Source: Octopus sinensis (Eukaryota). Taken from it: a DNA stretch of 64,000 nucleotides. The stretch lies in the NCBI RefSeq assembly GCF_006345805.1, contig NC_043004.1, forward strand, positions 46,314,001 through 46,378,000, read 5' to 3'. A program made the translations under genes and the position numbers. Numbering within the stretch: position 1 is the first letter of the stretch; the number at the start of each line of letters is the position of its first letter. Of the stretch, positions 24,722 to 39,635 are shown one piece after another. Under the pieces are notes generated by a model. The model ran no database searches and had not been told where the DNA came from. It saw nothing but the letters and a program-made list of their open reading frames with translations.

Positions 24722-26874
24722 TATATTTATGCGGCACAATAAGATGTAGAAGATAACATAATTAAAACATTCGATAAATGCTCAGCCTGAAACAGTGCCT
24801 AAATTCTGAGGTTAAATGCAGTAGTGTAGGGCCCTTCTCAGTTAAGTATTGGCTATAGGCAATCTACTTTGTGGAATCCTATTCTTTAAATTAATGTATG
24901 AGCAAGAGAGCAAATGCATATATAAATATCGGTACCTCTCCCTCTCTCACTCTTCCCGCCAACTACTACAGCTCTCAAATTACAAATCATGTTTCTTTCT
25001 TTAAAATGTGTACTATCTCATTTTCTACATTTAATACACACTATTTTTTTTTAATTATTAAATGAAAGCGCGGCATCTTTGTTAAATTTTAGTTTATATT
25101 GCTAAGCTTTCGTACATAGTATGAAATGAATTTAAGGTTATTTGTTTCTAAAAACTTTCTTAGCAATATCTGTAAATCTGCCTGCTGTTTGTAGTCTTCT
25201 CAAATATCTTCTCACTCCTAAGTCGACAACATATCTGTGGATAGTTGGACAAGGCTGAAATATTGTGGGTGTATGCATTTTTCTATCCATGAATATATCA
25301 CATGCAACGAGAAGGGTTTCAGAGCGATCCATTGCATTATCTAAAATTTATAAACCACATTACAGTGTATAATATATATTCTGCCTATAGCTATCATTCC
25401 AAGTAACTCTATTCATCACCTCTAAATTTGAGGTGTACTTGATTTCGGCAAATTCTGCCGGAGTCGCTACCGGAAAATATGAATTATTTTTATCTCAGAC
25501 ACCCACAATATCTGACTATCTCTGACAGCGTTACATTAATAATTAATTACTTTCGTGACGTTATAATGTGCTATAACTTTAGGAAGTACATTATCACTGA
25601 ATTGAAAGCTGAAAATATGAGTGATTTCTTTAAATCCAGCAGCACTCATCAATAATTAATCCAATACTGAGAACGGTGTAATATCTTTCCTTCGCTTAAT
25701 CTTCTACTTTGTCCTTCCTCACCTTTTTTGTGGAGTGCAACTCCTCCCGACACTATTTTAATTGTCCTTGCCACGACAATGTTACAAAGTTGATCTACAG
25801 TAAAGGTAATCAGCACTTTGATATACTGCCATTCATACAGTGTACAGGATGATGTGCGCACCGAATAATTTCTAATTTTGCATAACCCCCGTATAGATGA
25901 TTTCTTGAATTTTCATAGCAGCACAACCATCTCTTACTGCATAGAGATGAGAGAACTTTCTCAGTAGGATTACAACATGGTCAATTTATTTCTTCATAAA
26001 ATGCTTTACGACAATTTCTTTCACATGACTGTTAATGTTGTCTTCCTAACTTATAATAGTGTGGTGTGCTCATTCCCTTCTATACTATAATTTTCAATGC
26101 TTAGAATATCTCACCTTGATTTATTATTCAGGAGGGGTATCTATTTGTTTTGTATATGTCTTACTTCAGTTGCTGTTTTTTCTTGCCGTCTCCATCTAAT
26201 CACTTTCTTTTTCAAGGTGTTCTCTGTCAGGGCAGTTACGTTTCTCTCACTTTTGAGCTTTTCTTACGATAAATTCCGTCACTAATGGCCTTGAAGGAAG
26301 CAGAAAATTTTCAAAACAACTAACCAACTCAACACCGATGCTGTATGGCACATGATAAAAAAAAAACAAAAGAAAACACTCAGGTAGGAACACTTTATAA
26401 TACATTTGTGGCTCGGCATTCGGTGAAAGGTGCTACGGATCCCCTAAAGTTTGTCTAACATTGATGTAGTGAGCCGGCGAGCAATATATATGTAAACGGT
26501 TACAACTTTACACATTGTATATTCACCTCAGTTCTTTAATAAAATAAATGCCATTTATCAGGAGAAGATATCCTAGATAAGTTCTATTGTTATTAAGAAC
26601 TAATGAAATTTAATACACTTTGTTATCTCAACTTCGTTATCTCTCTTTGAATCTAGTAGTATTAAAGCAATATATTTATAAACCGATCGTTATGCCAGCT
26701 TATTTAGGGTATACAAGTGTAGTAAAATGGAAATAATTGTCAGACAAAATACAAAATGAATCTATTTCTTTTATTAAGTTATTTATATTGAATTTATGCT
26801 ATCAATGCTCAAGGTAAAAGAAAGAACACACCCAGCACTCTACCTAGGTAAAACAATGGAAAAGCATATATTGT

Positions 26875-27082
26875 TCAACACAATGGTCTCCAATTTTGGC
26901 ACTAGATCCGCAATTTCAGGGGAAGGAATAAGTCGATCACAGCGACCCCAGTGCTAAACTGGTACTTATTTAAATGACCTTCACGGGATGAAAACAAAGT
27001 CAAAGTCAACCTCGGCGGTTTTCGAACTCAGAACATAAAGACAGAAGAAATGCCGCTAGACATTTTCGCGGCTTGCTAACAG
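26875..27082 (-). mobile_element. SINE family D, old copy
   Basis: gtcgatcacagcgaccccagtgct..ctggtacttattt..gtcaacctcggcgg..gaactcagaac. Confidence 0.65.
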
Positions 27083-28019
27083 TTAACAATTGTGTGTAAG
27101 GAAATGAACGATATAAGTTCCAAATAAAAGCTAACATTCTGAGAAATTCATATACGCAATATGTGTAGAGAAACGAGATGTTTTAAAATGATGAGAGCAA
27201 TATTTCAGTCACTGTGAGTTTGTAGCATATGTCAAAGTGTATGTGTGTAAATGTGCGCGTATATGAATAAAGAAACAGTTTTGGACTTCCCATAATTTCG
27301 TTTGTTATTCGTTTTCATGTATTAACTTGAACTTTACGCATCCCTCTTACGCTTCAGGTCAATCAATATATACCATTATGCTTGAACGCAGACACACTAC
27401 AGTACCGTCTATCTTCCTACGCACACGCATAAAATAAGATTGTTGACAATTTAATTATTATGTATTTACTATATATGTATGTGTAAAATTGTATTTTTAG
27501 CTGATGTTATATACGTCAATGGGGGTATGATAGGCCATATCAATTATTGAGATGGCTTTTTAAATTTTGGAAGTATACAGGAAAATAGATGTCATTAAAT
27601 GGGGAATGGAGAAACACTCTGATGATTGATGTAAGTGTTCCTGAGATGGAAATATGATGGAGAAATTGATCAAATCACCGAACAACAAATGTTATTTTGA
27701 AAAGAAATACAATAGGGTAAGAGATGTGCCAGTTCATACCTTATTTCTTCTTCAACTATATATATATATATATATATATATCTATATATATATAATATAT
27801 ATATATCGAGAGAGAGAGAGAGAGAGAGAAAGAGAAGAGGGGGATGACAGAGAGATAATATAGCAATATATCGGTATAGATATAATTATATCGAAAAATA
27901 TATATACATTTATTTATATATACATACACACACATACACACGAACACACAAAGACACACATAAATACATACATATAACATGACTGTAAATATATATGTAT
28001 ACGCATATGTATATATATA

Positions 28020-28051
<32 letters not shown>

Positions 28052-28137
28052 GGTATGTATGTATATGCATATAAATATGAGTATATGCGTATAAGAGCAT
28101 GAATATGTATGCATGCATATATATATATATATGTTTG

Positions 28138-28171
<34 letters not shown>

Positions 28172-29069
28172 CATACGTACAGATGTATACGTGTATGTGT
28201 ATGTACATTTGTACGTATATACACATGTATGTATACGTATGAATGTATTTTTTTATGTACCAAGAGAGGAATGTAAAATTGAATATTATCATCTGGAAGT
28301 ATAAAATATCATTGTTCGAATTTTTCATTCAGTGTATTTTCGGTTCTTTTTCCCTTTTTTACTATAGAATTTTCTCATAGGAAATCGTTTTTTCATTGTG
28401 ATAAATAGGCGAGGATTGTCGCTAGATATATAATTCTCTAAGCTTTAAACATGTATTTCTCTTGCATTTAAAGCGATTCTTTTCTCTATGGTGGATGCGA
28501 TGAAAAATGTTAAGATATCTGTTGATTTCACAGTTGTTATTAAGATCGATTTCAAAGATTACAAACTTCGGCAGCTGCGTGTTTGGAACACTATTATTTC
28601 TCCATAAGTATCCCCGTATATCAGTGAAAAAAATTTGAGTCATCATACACTTTTGTGGTTTCGTTTTATTGTCTGCTGTTTTAGATTAGAAATATCCTTT
28701 TCTAACAATGATTTGGGTTATTTCTTTACAACTTGAAGGAACATCTGGAGAAATATTGGTGATTATTATTATTTACTTGTTTGTGATATCTAGATTTTTA
28801 TCGTTATTTCTTCTTTGGCATAAACATAAAAGTCTCAATAAGCCTACGAAAAATAGTGGAAGGATTTTTTTTTTTACAATAAGTAACTCTAATATTTTGG
28901 TATCAAATTTATGAAAACTATATGTAGGTGTGTGTCTGCGTGTTGTGTACATGTGCCTACATATGTGTCTATTTATGTACATGTGTATCTATGTTTGTCT
29001 GAAAACATTCATATATACACGCATGTTCAGATATATTTATGGAGATATATGCATATCTATCTATCACTA

Positions 29070-29572
29070 AAAAAATAAATGGCATGATGGGACTTGATTA
29101 TTGGGCTCGACTTAAAAAGCTGAAAGTCTATTCTATACAACGCCGCTGTGAACGATACCTTATTTAGACCAGGTGGAGAATATTTCACAAACATTATCCA
29201 AATGATATCGGTATTATGTTTAGAATTTATCCAATATTAGGCCCACGTGCAATACGTCCCCTATAAAGGTCGAGATCACATCACATCACATAAGAACATT
29301 GCGACACAATTTCTTCATTGCAAATGGTTCTTCTCTTTTAAATGTTATCCCGAAAGAAATTAAAGTAGAAAAAGATCCCACAACTTTCAAACGGAACATG
29401 GAAAAATTCCTCCAGGAAATACTGGATAAACCACCTACACCTGGATATGTCTAAACCAACAACACTTCTCAGCTTGAATGGCCCGTGGTGTCCCGAATAA
29501 TTAACTAAAAGATTTTTCCATGTGGTATTATTGAGTTAGTCATGGCCAGGGCCGATTATAACCAATCTAAGT
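29070..29572 (+). mobile_element. 3' end of CR1/L2-group LINE
   Basis: GLDYWARLKKLKVYSIQRRCERY..PNDIGI..NVIPKEIK..FKRNMEKFLQEILDKPPTPGY; ends in (TA)n. Confidence 0.75.
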
Positions 29573-29609
29573 TATATATATAGACAATAGAGATACATAT
29601 ACAAGAATA

Positions 29610-29683
<74 letters not shown>

Positions 29684-31490
29684 GTGAAAGAGAGAGGGAG
29701 CCGAATATCAAACACTGTGCAGAAGTGTTTGCACTTGATATTCTTGCAGTGTAGGTAGATAACACAACCTAACTTAGCGGAGAGATCTGCTCTTGGTTGT
29801 TCAGATATGTGCTTTATGCAAAAATAGCAAAATATATTTTTATAATATTTCCCAAGTGCTGTTTTCAGGGTAGGTGAATAAAATATAAATGAGTAATAAA
29901 GATGTACAGGTGTCAATTCATTACGGCCGTTTCAAGCGACTCCTTTAATTGATTAATGGAAACATTACATCATTGCAAAGAAACCGTTTTCGTTAGATGA
30001 CTACATAGACTTCAATTACAAAGGACAAACCAATTGCTTTAACATATTCGTATCACCAACGTGTCTCAAATATTTACATTGATTCAGCTGCTGTATCTTT
30101 GGCAGTATGAGTTTAGAACATAGTCTGTGTAGTGTCAAACGTACTAGAAATTAGAGGTTATAGCAGAGGGGGGAATAATTAAGAGTAGTGACCTATTTAC
30201 CAGCATTTCGAAGAAAATAGAGAGTAATGTAGTCTTCAATCATCGACATTAAATATTTTGGGGGTTGTCGCTGTATCCTAGACAAAGGTGATAAATCAAT
30301 TAATATCATCACAACCTACTAGACTAATCTATCTAAATGCCAGTTTCTCACAGAAGAAATAAAATTGATAAAATCGGGTTTAAAAAACTCAAACGGTGGA
30401 GGTGTTGTGTGGACGCCTCCAGACGATGAAGTAGGCTGGCCCAATACGTAGATATAGAGGGAGAAGCCTAGACGTCAAGGGACTAGCACAGTTGAGTAGT
30501 AGCAGAGACTAGAGTAGAGTAGAGAAGATTTGAGTAGTAGAGGCATCCGAAAGTGTGACATAACAGACTAAGTACTGGAACATTATATTCGACTTTGTCT
30601 ACACCAAAGGGTAGGACGTGGGGTGGTAAAAGAGGGTGGAATGCCTGATGGAGAAGAGGTGATAATTGGAAGAAAGACTACCAAAAGCTAAGTATACTTG
30701 TTTTGATTGTCATCTTAAAGGGAAAGGTAATGAAAAACTAAAGAAATAAGTATTAGAAAATAGGGGTGGAAGATAAGTTCAGAGAATAAGGGATGGAACG
30801 CATTGTAACGTAGCATATTTGTAATGATAAATCAACATATAATTAAATACATAGAAGTTACACTTAAAATTTTAATAAGGGGATACTGTAAGATTTAAGA
30901 GACATTTAAAGACTTTTCATAAATGTAGTATATAGAATATCTTGGTAAAATATTATGATGAATGTATAATGGAAATATTTACAATATAAAAATATACGGG
31001 TGGGTAAAGAGAGTATATAGTAAGAAATGAGATCTAACATATAGAATAAGTAAATTACAGGTATTAAATATATAAAGGAGTAATTCAGATACTAGGTGTA
31101 AAGAAATTTAGTCCTATAATCGCATAATGAATATCATGTATAATTAAAAATATAAGTAATTAAGGTTACAGTATACAGTGAATTTTTATGAAATAAGTAT
31201 AAATTGTCAAAAATTTGTAAGCTATAAAAACTTTCAAAATATATAAAAGAATACATAAAGGCATAATGAAAATATATATATATATAAAAATTTGGGAGGG
31301 GGAAAGAAAAAGAAAAGAGTAGCAGCTAGCGAAACACGAAGGGAAGTAAGTGGGGAGGAAGAAGAGGAATGCATTGTTTAAGGACACTATAAAAGTGAGG
31401 AATAGGGAGAGAAAGGATACTTTGCGTAAGGAAAGAAAAGAGAGATAGGTGACGGAACATGTGTAACGGACGTATACATAAAATAAAATT

Positions 31491-31531
<41 letters not shown>

Positions 31532-31691
31532 CATACATAAGTATACATTAGCATATAAATACACATATAAGATGACGTATATAAATATATTGAAATATGC
31601 ATGTAAATACATATCCACAAAAATACATATATACATATAATATGGATATAGATATTTCATATACATATGTATATATGCATATATACATATA

Positions 31692-31760
<69 letters not shown>

Positions 31761-32030
31761 TTATATATAGATACTTTTATATATACATACATGAAAATGT
31801 ACACATATATATACATATATATATTTCTATATATGTGTGACAGTATAAGTAGAGATGGCTTTTCTGAGAGGATAATTTTAATTTTAATCTCAATAGAACA
31901 TACGTGTTTAATGTTATTAAGCTTAAAATAGAAATTATCCGCCTATAAAGCTACACGATACTGTACCATGAATAATATATAAACAAACGACATAACTCAT
32001 ACTAAATGTAAGAACGAATAAGAAACAAAT

Positions 32031-32209
32031 AGCAGGTCCGTAATTCCTTATCAGTTAGTGACCAATTGGTAATATTCAGCTTTGGACCTTGAACGATAAT
32101 ACTCAGTGCTTCCCATTTGGTGGTGCCCGCAAAAAATTCTTATCGTTTAGAGTGCGAAACTGAGTACTACCAATCAATGGATAACGGATGAAGAATTACG
32201 GACCTTCTG
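32031..32209. mobile_element. Small MITE candidate
   Basis: 13-bp inverted repeat AGGTCCGTAATTC at 32034-32046 and 32193-32205. Confidence 0.45.
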
Positions 32210-32466
32210 TTATTCTCCTGTTCATTTTTACTTTCAGTATAAATTATGTTGTTTGTCTATAACTTATTTCATTTATCAAGTAATGGAGCGCGAGTCATAC
32301 CGAATTTGTACATATATATCTACGCATATATAGTTACACATAGGTCTGGCCTAGTCTAGCCTAAACTGCTAAGAGCCATTCCCCAGTGCCTTATTTCACC
32401 TATGAATGCATGTTGGTTAATACATGATTAGTAAAATCTATTTTAAGTTTGCAAACAAATTTATTG

Positions 32467-32865
32467 TAGGAGTGGCTGTGCGGTAAGTAGCTTGCTTACC
32501 AACCACATGGTCCGGGTTCAGTCCCACTGCGTGGCACCTTGGGCAAGTGTCTTCTACTATAGCCTCGGGCCGACCAAAGCCTTGTGAGTGGATTTGGTAG
32601 ACGGAAACTGAAAGAAGCCCGTCGTATATATGTATATATATGTGTGTGCGTGTTTGTATGTCTGTGTTTGTCCCCCCAACATCGCTTGACAACCGATGCT
32701 GTTGTGTTTACGTCCCCGTAACCTAGCGGTTCGGCAAAAGAGACCGATAGAATAGGTACTAGGCTTACAAACAATAAGTCCTGGGGTTGATTTGCTCGAC
32801 TAAAAGGTGGTGCTTCAGCATGGCCACAGTCAAATGACTGAAACAAGTAAAAGAGTAAAAGAGTA
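32467..32865 (+). mobile_element. SINE family C, near full length
   Basis: A box TGGCTGTGCGG, B box GGTTCAGTCC, internal TA/TG tract, (GTAAAAGA)n tail. Confidence 0.9.
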
Positions 32866-32869
32866 AACT

Positions 32870-34397
32870 ATTTTATAATAAATAAAAAAAAAGATTCTAA
32901 ATTTACCTATACGTACAGTTTAGTGGTGTTTACATCGCTAATCCAATTCCCAGTGCTGCCCTTCATATATGAATGCATTTTCAATAAGATACGGTTAATA
33001 AAAAAAAATAGTTTAAACTTACAAACAAATACTGATCATTTTGTAATAAAGTAAAACAGATGAAGTATTTAAAATTTACCAATACGTAAAATTTGGTGGT
33101 GTATACATTATCGATGTAGGTGGCAGAGTATCGTCAACGTCAACATCATCGGCGGATTCTGGCAGTTATTGTTGTCGTTCGATGCGTTTAAAAAACTGTT
33201 CAGGAGTGCCTTGAACTCTCTTCTCGTGAAGGATTATGTGATAAGGTGCAAATGCTTCGTGACAAGCCCCTGTAATCTTGGAAAAGCGTTGAGCTTTGGA
33301 TCCATATCTTCGAACATAGCAAGCGCGTTTTCTAAGTGTGCAAAAGCATGCTGCATTTTCTTTATGATGAAATGGCGCGGCTCAGGTTAGACTTGCTTTT
33401 CTCTTCCTTTATTTTGTTGCTCGTTTTTTTCGATGATCTTTAATGTCGCAGGAAATTCCACTGCTGCGTGTTCCTCAGCTGATACACTTTCACCTTGCTT
33501 CTTAAGGAAGTTATAATTTCGCCGATGTTTAAATCTCATAAACCATCCTTGACTTGCCTTGAACTCTACACCTTTCTCATCTGGATATTTTTTCTTTGGG
33601 TCCTTAAACAAAGACAGCGCTTTCTCCTCAACGATTACTTGACTAAGAGTAGCATTCTGAAGATTCTGTCCATCAATTCAAATAGATAGAAAACTTTCTG
33701 TTTCTTCAAAAATTTTGTTTTTTTTTCCTGTTGATGACAGTTGTCTTCGTCCCCGGGGCTTGAAATATGATATGCATTAAAAGTTTGTTCTTATTATGAA
33801 CAATCTGTTGTCCGACTCACCTCCAAAAGATCGTGCAATCGCTACTACTTTATCACTTTTATCATGACGCTTTATCATCGCCAAATTATCCTCTAGCGTT
33901 ATAGTATGACGCTTAGCACTTTCACTGGGACTTTTCTTAGGGGGCATGGGACAAAAATTGAAGTTACAAATGAATGTAAATGAGAATCTAAAAGATGAAT
34001 AAATGTAAATAAATCTGAATTCAAAACAACCGCGGGAATCACGACGACGCCTAACGGTAAATATTGGAACTACTTGTGCTCCGAAAAACAGATAAATAAG
34101 ACAACACAGCTGATGTCATTCTTTACAGAACTATGCTACGCTAATTTATGGTGTGTATTTTAGCATTTACTGTATTTTAATATGATTTTATACGCTTTTA
34201 TTCTCATTTATTGTAACATGATTTTATGTCCTTTTAATGTTTTTTAATGATTCTTACGATTACAATTTTATTGGCGGACCGACATAAAGTCGAGTAAAAC
34301 GACTTAACTTGATATTTATTTTTCCATATGTTATTTTTGAAACCCGTATCTTCGAGAACGACTTAATTCGAAACTATTAAAGCCGAGGCACCCCTAT
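32870..34397 (-). mobile_element. Tigger/pogo-family DNA transposon, internally deleted
   Basis: MPPKK..RHTITLEDNLAMIKRH..VVAIARSF (HTH), FKASQGWFMRFK..QGESVSAE..AAVEFP (CENP-B-type), HLENALAMFEDMDP; TIR-like ggggtgcctcggctt at the right end. Confidence 0.8.
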
Positions 34398-34499
34398 CTA
34401 TATATGTCCTTGTGTGTGTGCATGTGTGTGTATGTGCATGTGTGTGTGAGTGTGTGTGTGTGTGCGTGCGTGTGTGTGTGTGTGCGTGCGTTTTTGTGT

Positions 34500-34678
34500 G
34501 TGTGTGTAGCCACTGTCTCGGTTTATTTTCTCGTGTTCCTTCTGTTGAAAAGCGTAGGCTCGAAACGTAAAAGCCTTTCTCACCCTCCCGAACGTTTAAC
34601 TAATCCACGTGTTTTTTTTCTTTAACCACTTGTCTTCGTCTTTTGTTTTTCTTGTGTAAATTCTTGTGTAAATTCCAA
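34500..34678 (+). mobile_element. Penelope-like pLTR end with degenerate minimal HHR (34539-34573)
   Basis: CTGTTGA-aaagcgtaggctc-GAAACGTA; homologous to 43322-43457; ends in (TA)n. Confidence 0.55.
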
Positions 34679-34679
34679 C

Positions 34680-34718
<39 letters not shown>

Positions 34719-34731
34719 ATATATATATGTA

Positions 34732-34807
<76 letters not shown>

Positions 34808-34852
34808 GTATATTATATATGTATATATATATGTATATATATATATGTATAT

Positions 34853-34924
<72 letters not shown>

Positions 34925-35496
34925 TTTATATAGCCATGTTTTGCCACTCACTTTATACTTGCGTATCCAATTCAGAACAACTAAGTAATCTTATTCAAAT
35001 TAAGTATATTAAATTTCATTCATATCTATTATAAAATGTTTCCAACAAGTTGCCATTGTTACCGAGTGTCACTTAAAATCCATAACATGGAATAATCATT
35101 TTTTATTCATAGTTCATTTACAATTGTTGCCTTTAAACATAATTAACAGCATCTTAACATCAATATATGTCCCCATTAACTAGTCATTTCCCGAATAAGA
35201 TATTCGTTAAATATCATACTGAACATGTTTACTTCTCGTCAAACTGGATGTTCGTAACTGATCAATAACGATGCAGAGCTTAATTTAATGACCCGCTTCT
35301 GCTATTGTCCATCTCACGAGTAATCAATCGCGAGTAAGAAAATGTAAGACAGTGATGGGAAGCAATCCTTACATATTATACATTAAGACATTATGCTACA
35401 AACAAACACATACGTTCACACACTTATATATATAAATATATACGTACATAGGCACGCATACACACAAAGAAATCACACACACACATACATATATAT

Positions 35497-35750
35497 ATAA
35501 AATTAGAAAAAAACAGCTTTTATCAATTCAAAATGAACAATTAAATTACACCATCCAGAAAATTACATATATTAGAAATATTAAAATTAAAATAACAATA
35601 AAATGTCAATGATTAAGTAAATTGCAAAAAAAAAATTAAAACGTATATCATTGGTGGAATAACGACACGTGTTTCGTGGCTATATTTAAGAAATGATTAT
35701 AGTAGTAGTAAAATCACTTCGGTATAAATATAGTCACTCATCAGGTTAAG
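35497..35750 (-). mobile_element. HHR-bearing repeat, family shared with 41158-41521
   Basis: About 200 bp colinear with 41245-41455. Confidence 0.75.
35660..35748 (-). ncRNA. Type I hammerhead ribozyme with long stem II
   Basis: UAAC-CUGAUGA-GUGACUAUAUUU...AAAUAUAGCCAC-GAAAC ACGU GUC|GUUA; nested hairpin gaagugauu/aaucauuuc. Confidence 0.85.
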
Positions 35751-37738
35751 ATATATATATATATATATATGCATGCCAATAAAGACAACAAAGACAAAAA
35801 TGGAGTGTGTATGTGTATTCATGTATATGATTGTGCTCATTCATACATACACATATATAAATATAAGAAGAGTAATCGGTCACCTTCCAGAATCAGCATC
35901 ATATATCATTTACAAAACATTTATATATTAAGATTGCCTACAATCAGATTGCTTTCTTCGCATATCCATGGTAATATTGTTGTGCTAGTTCTTATTTTGC
36001 ACCCACCAAAAAATGTTTGTGAATCGCTTTCTTTCATGAATGATTTATAGCGTTGACTAAACCCTTCATGTCAGTTTGGCAGCTAAGTGTCTGAACTAGT
36101 TCAATGTTTGATTTATGATCTGAGATTATGTTGTTAGAATCGGGTATGAAGATATCAAAACGTTCTTCCATAATGACTTTCGGTGAGATTTTGAGCCTAG
36201 AAAAGACAGTGCATTCTGGTCTGTTACTGAGACATGTTATGATGGAAATAGTATTTAGAAAACAACACCCATTTGAAGTAAGAACTTCCAAAATAACACA
36301 TCCAATACACCCAAGCTGATAGATGAGTAGGTTGAATTGGATCGCTCAAGTAGACCATAGCTGTATTTGAACTTCACAGACAAAAGGCAAACAGCAGGAT
36401 CAAATGCCGCTAGACAGGAAGTATAGAGATCTGCAGAAATTCTGGATAGGTAGTTTTATATCACCTCCGGATTGATTATCAGTATTTGGGCTAAAACTGA
36501 GTTATTTTTCCATTTCACATGAAGTAATGATGTCTTTAATTTTATGCAACAAGAATTTTTTCTATTTGTTTTTGTTTCTTTTTTTTAAGTGGCTTTATAT
36601 ATTTTCATTTACATAATGTGTAGTAAGCATGATTGAATTTTTCAGCTTCTTCAGGTATATTTTTCTTTTTTTATGCTATTGCTATTGTTTATTGCTGAAT
36701 TGGTAAAACTGGTAAAACTGTTTGGAGATGAAGTATTTTTGTGTAATGAAATTTTCAAGCTGTTATTTTCGTACATTTCATTTTGTACTTTTTTTCTTTT
36801 TTTGTCCTAAATCAACAAAATTCGATGCTCTTTCAGGTTCTTGCTAGTTTGTCTAAAGCTTGCAATGTCTTGTTTACTATTCTTCTTTTAAATTAGCATT
36901 GTAATAATTTTGTTCAAAAATGTGCTGAAATCAATATAGTCATTTTTTCAGGAGACTCATATAATTACAGCATATAAACTCACGCAGCCGCTTTAATTTA
37001 TCTGCATTCTTTTACCTATTTCTCACTCATCCTTTTTTTACCATACAAATCCTGTAACTGTATCAGCAATTATATAATTTGTTAATGATATAGACTTTCA
37101 TTTGTTTTTATTTTGTGTGATACATTGTATTTCTATGGCAACCTTCTGGGCTGATGACATAATTTAATCATATTTATTTATTTGGCATTCTTTCGTTGTT
37201 GGCAAAGTAAAACTTCGTTAGTATGGGTGTAAGCGAGGCGGTTGGCTTCATTTCTAATAGTCTAATTATATCCTTATCTTAATAATACTATAGTGGTTAA
37301 AGCATGTTATTACAATATTCATTCTCTCTTCTGTGGGTGTATGAGTCTGCTTCCAATAATTGTACAGCATCTGTATTTAGTCTGAATTATTCAGTAAATC
37401 CTGTTAGGGATTGAAAAGAAATCTACCGGGAAACTATATCAGAAGAATAAACTCTAAAGTGTGTTCACCCACATAGTGCAAACTCAATACTTTAGGAAGT
37501 AAACTCAGATGAATGAGCAAAATTAAGTTTATTTATTGAAAGGGATGCCTATGTTCACGTTGTTACTGCTCAGTGTTTCATAATAATTCCGATAGATTGT
37601 GCAAGGTGAAACAAATGAAATCAGTCTTTTGCTGCGGTAAACCTTGATTAGATAAGGAAGTAATTATTGCAACATACACATACATATACGCACACACGGA
37701 CGTACACACAACCATATGTATGTATGCATGTATGTATG

Positions 37739-37801
<63 letters not shown>

Positions 37802-37992
37802 AAACTTATATTACATATATTATAGATATATACATAGATACATACATACACACACACACAAACACACATAAAACAGGAAACGTTTTGAATATGCAAATGA
37901 AAGTTCCTATACTATTACCCCACCTGCAGCCCAATGATGCCAACTTGTGATACCAGTGTCCCACCGAGTTGTCCTGATATAACATCAGATAA

Positions 37993-38218
<226 letters not shown>

Positions 38219-38469
38219 CGTTGTATAGAATTTATAAATATTAATGCATCGCTATGTAATGCATCGCCACGCATGTTTGCACAAGCCGTATGTTTCTTAA
38301 GATCACGGTTCATATTCCTGCGATAATTAGAATGGTTTTCGCGATGTCCATAGCTACTACGGATCGCACTGTAATCACATCAGAGATACGGACTATGACC
38401 TTAAGTAAAATTTGACTAGTGGAAACGCGCGTATGCATTAAAATATTTATAATTTGATTATTATTATTG

Positions 38470-38537
<68 letters not shown>

Positions 38538-39345
38538 TTTTTTTTTCTTCTTTCAAATTTGCTTCCATTTCTTGCCGAGTGTCTTCCCGACTCCTAGGGC
38601 AAAGAAACTCATAGTATACATTGGTAGGCCATTAAACCAAACTCAGTAGTTCGTTCATTTTTTTTTTTTAAGTTAAATTAAAATACATGAGCAGCAACAG
38701 TTCTCACATCGACAATGCTCTTCTCAATACGTGTGATGTACCAGTTAAGACAATCTTTTGCACTTCTTGCAGGGATGGTAAGCCAGGGATCATTCTCATA
38801 TAATTTTCGGTTCCCTTCTTGATCATTCCTAGTGCTCCTATGATCACTGGTATTGTAACCGCCTTGAGATGCCACATTTTCTCAATTTCAATAAGTAGGT
38901 CTTTATATTTTCTGAGCTTGTCAAACTCTTTCGCTGAGATATTATGATCACAGGGGATGCTCATGTCGATCAATAAACAAACTTTATTGTTTTGGTCTTT
39001 CACAAAAATATCTGGTTTATTGGTCTTGTTGGTTCGGTCTGTATGTACTGGAAAGTCCCACAGAATGGTTACTGTTTTCTCCTTCAGTTACAGCCTCAGG
39101 GTGGTGATTATACCACTTGTCGGCAGTTTTGATATTGTAATGGCGACTTATTAGCCAGTGGAGATATTGGCCAACTCTGTCATGTCTTAATTTATACTCC
39201 ACTGGTTTCTCCTCCCACCTATCAGCCAATTGCTCGTGCGCTTTTTTCATTGCCATCATTTTCACCTTCTTTGCAACAATAGTTGCCGTACTTCCCTCGG
39301 GTTGTTCAGTTTGGGTATCCTGCACGAGATCAATAGCAAATTTTT
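38538..39345 (-). mobile_element. 3' part of a third R4/Dong-type LINE inside (TAA)n
   Basis: RHDRVGQYLHW..HHPEAV..WDFPVHTDR..KPDI..LLIDMSIPCD..KLRKYKDL..IPVIIGALG..QKIVLTGTSHVLRRAL; (ATT)n on both flanks. Confidence 0.9.
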
Positions 39346-39357
39346 TGCTTTCCTTTA

Positions 39358-39411
<54 letters not shown>

Positions 39412-39576
39412 TCTCTCCCTATTGGGAGTTTTTCATTGTTAAATATTTTCGTTGTTATACTGTTTTTTACTCGGATTTTCAAACGGACAAAACCCTTTGT
39501 AACTTTGGTCCTGTGTTTTGTCTCTTTATGTTATAATTAATTTTTGTCAGCCCTTGTGGCCAATAAAATAATTTAC

Positions 39577-39635
<59 letters not shown>

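Noticed and set aside
25640-26300. Cys-rich minus-strand reading and an apparent AG..GT exon at about 26115-26290
   Set aside because: All frames contain stops and I recognise no domain; cannot support a gene
36290-36345. IGCVILEVLT resembling protein kinase subdomain IX
   Set aside because: No DFG, APE or HRD motifs in register
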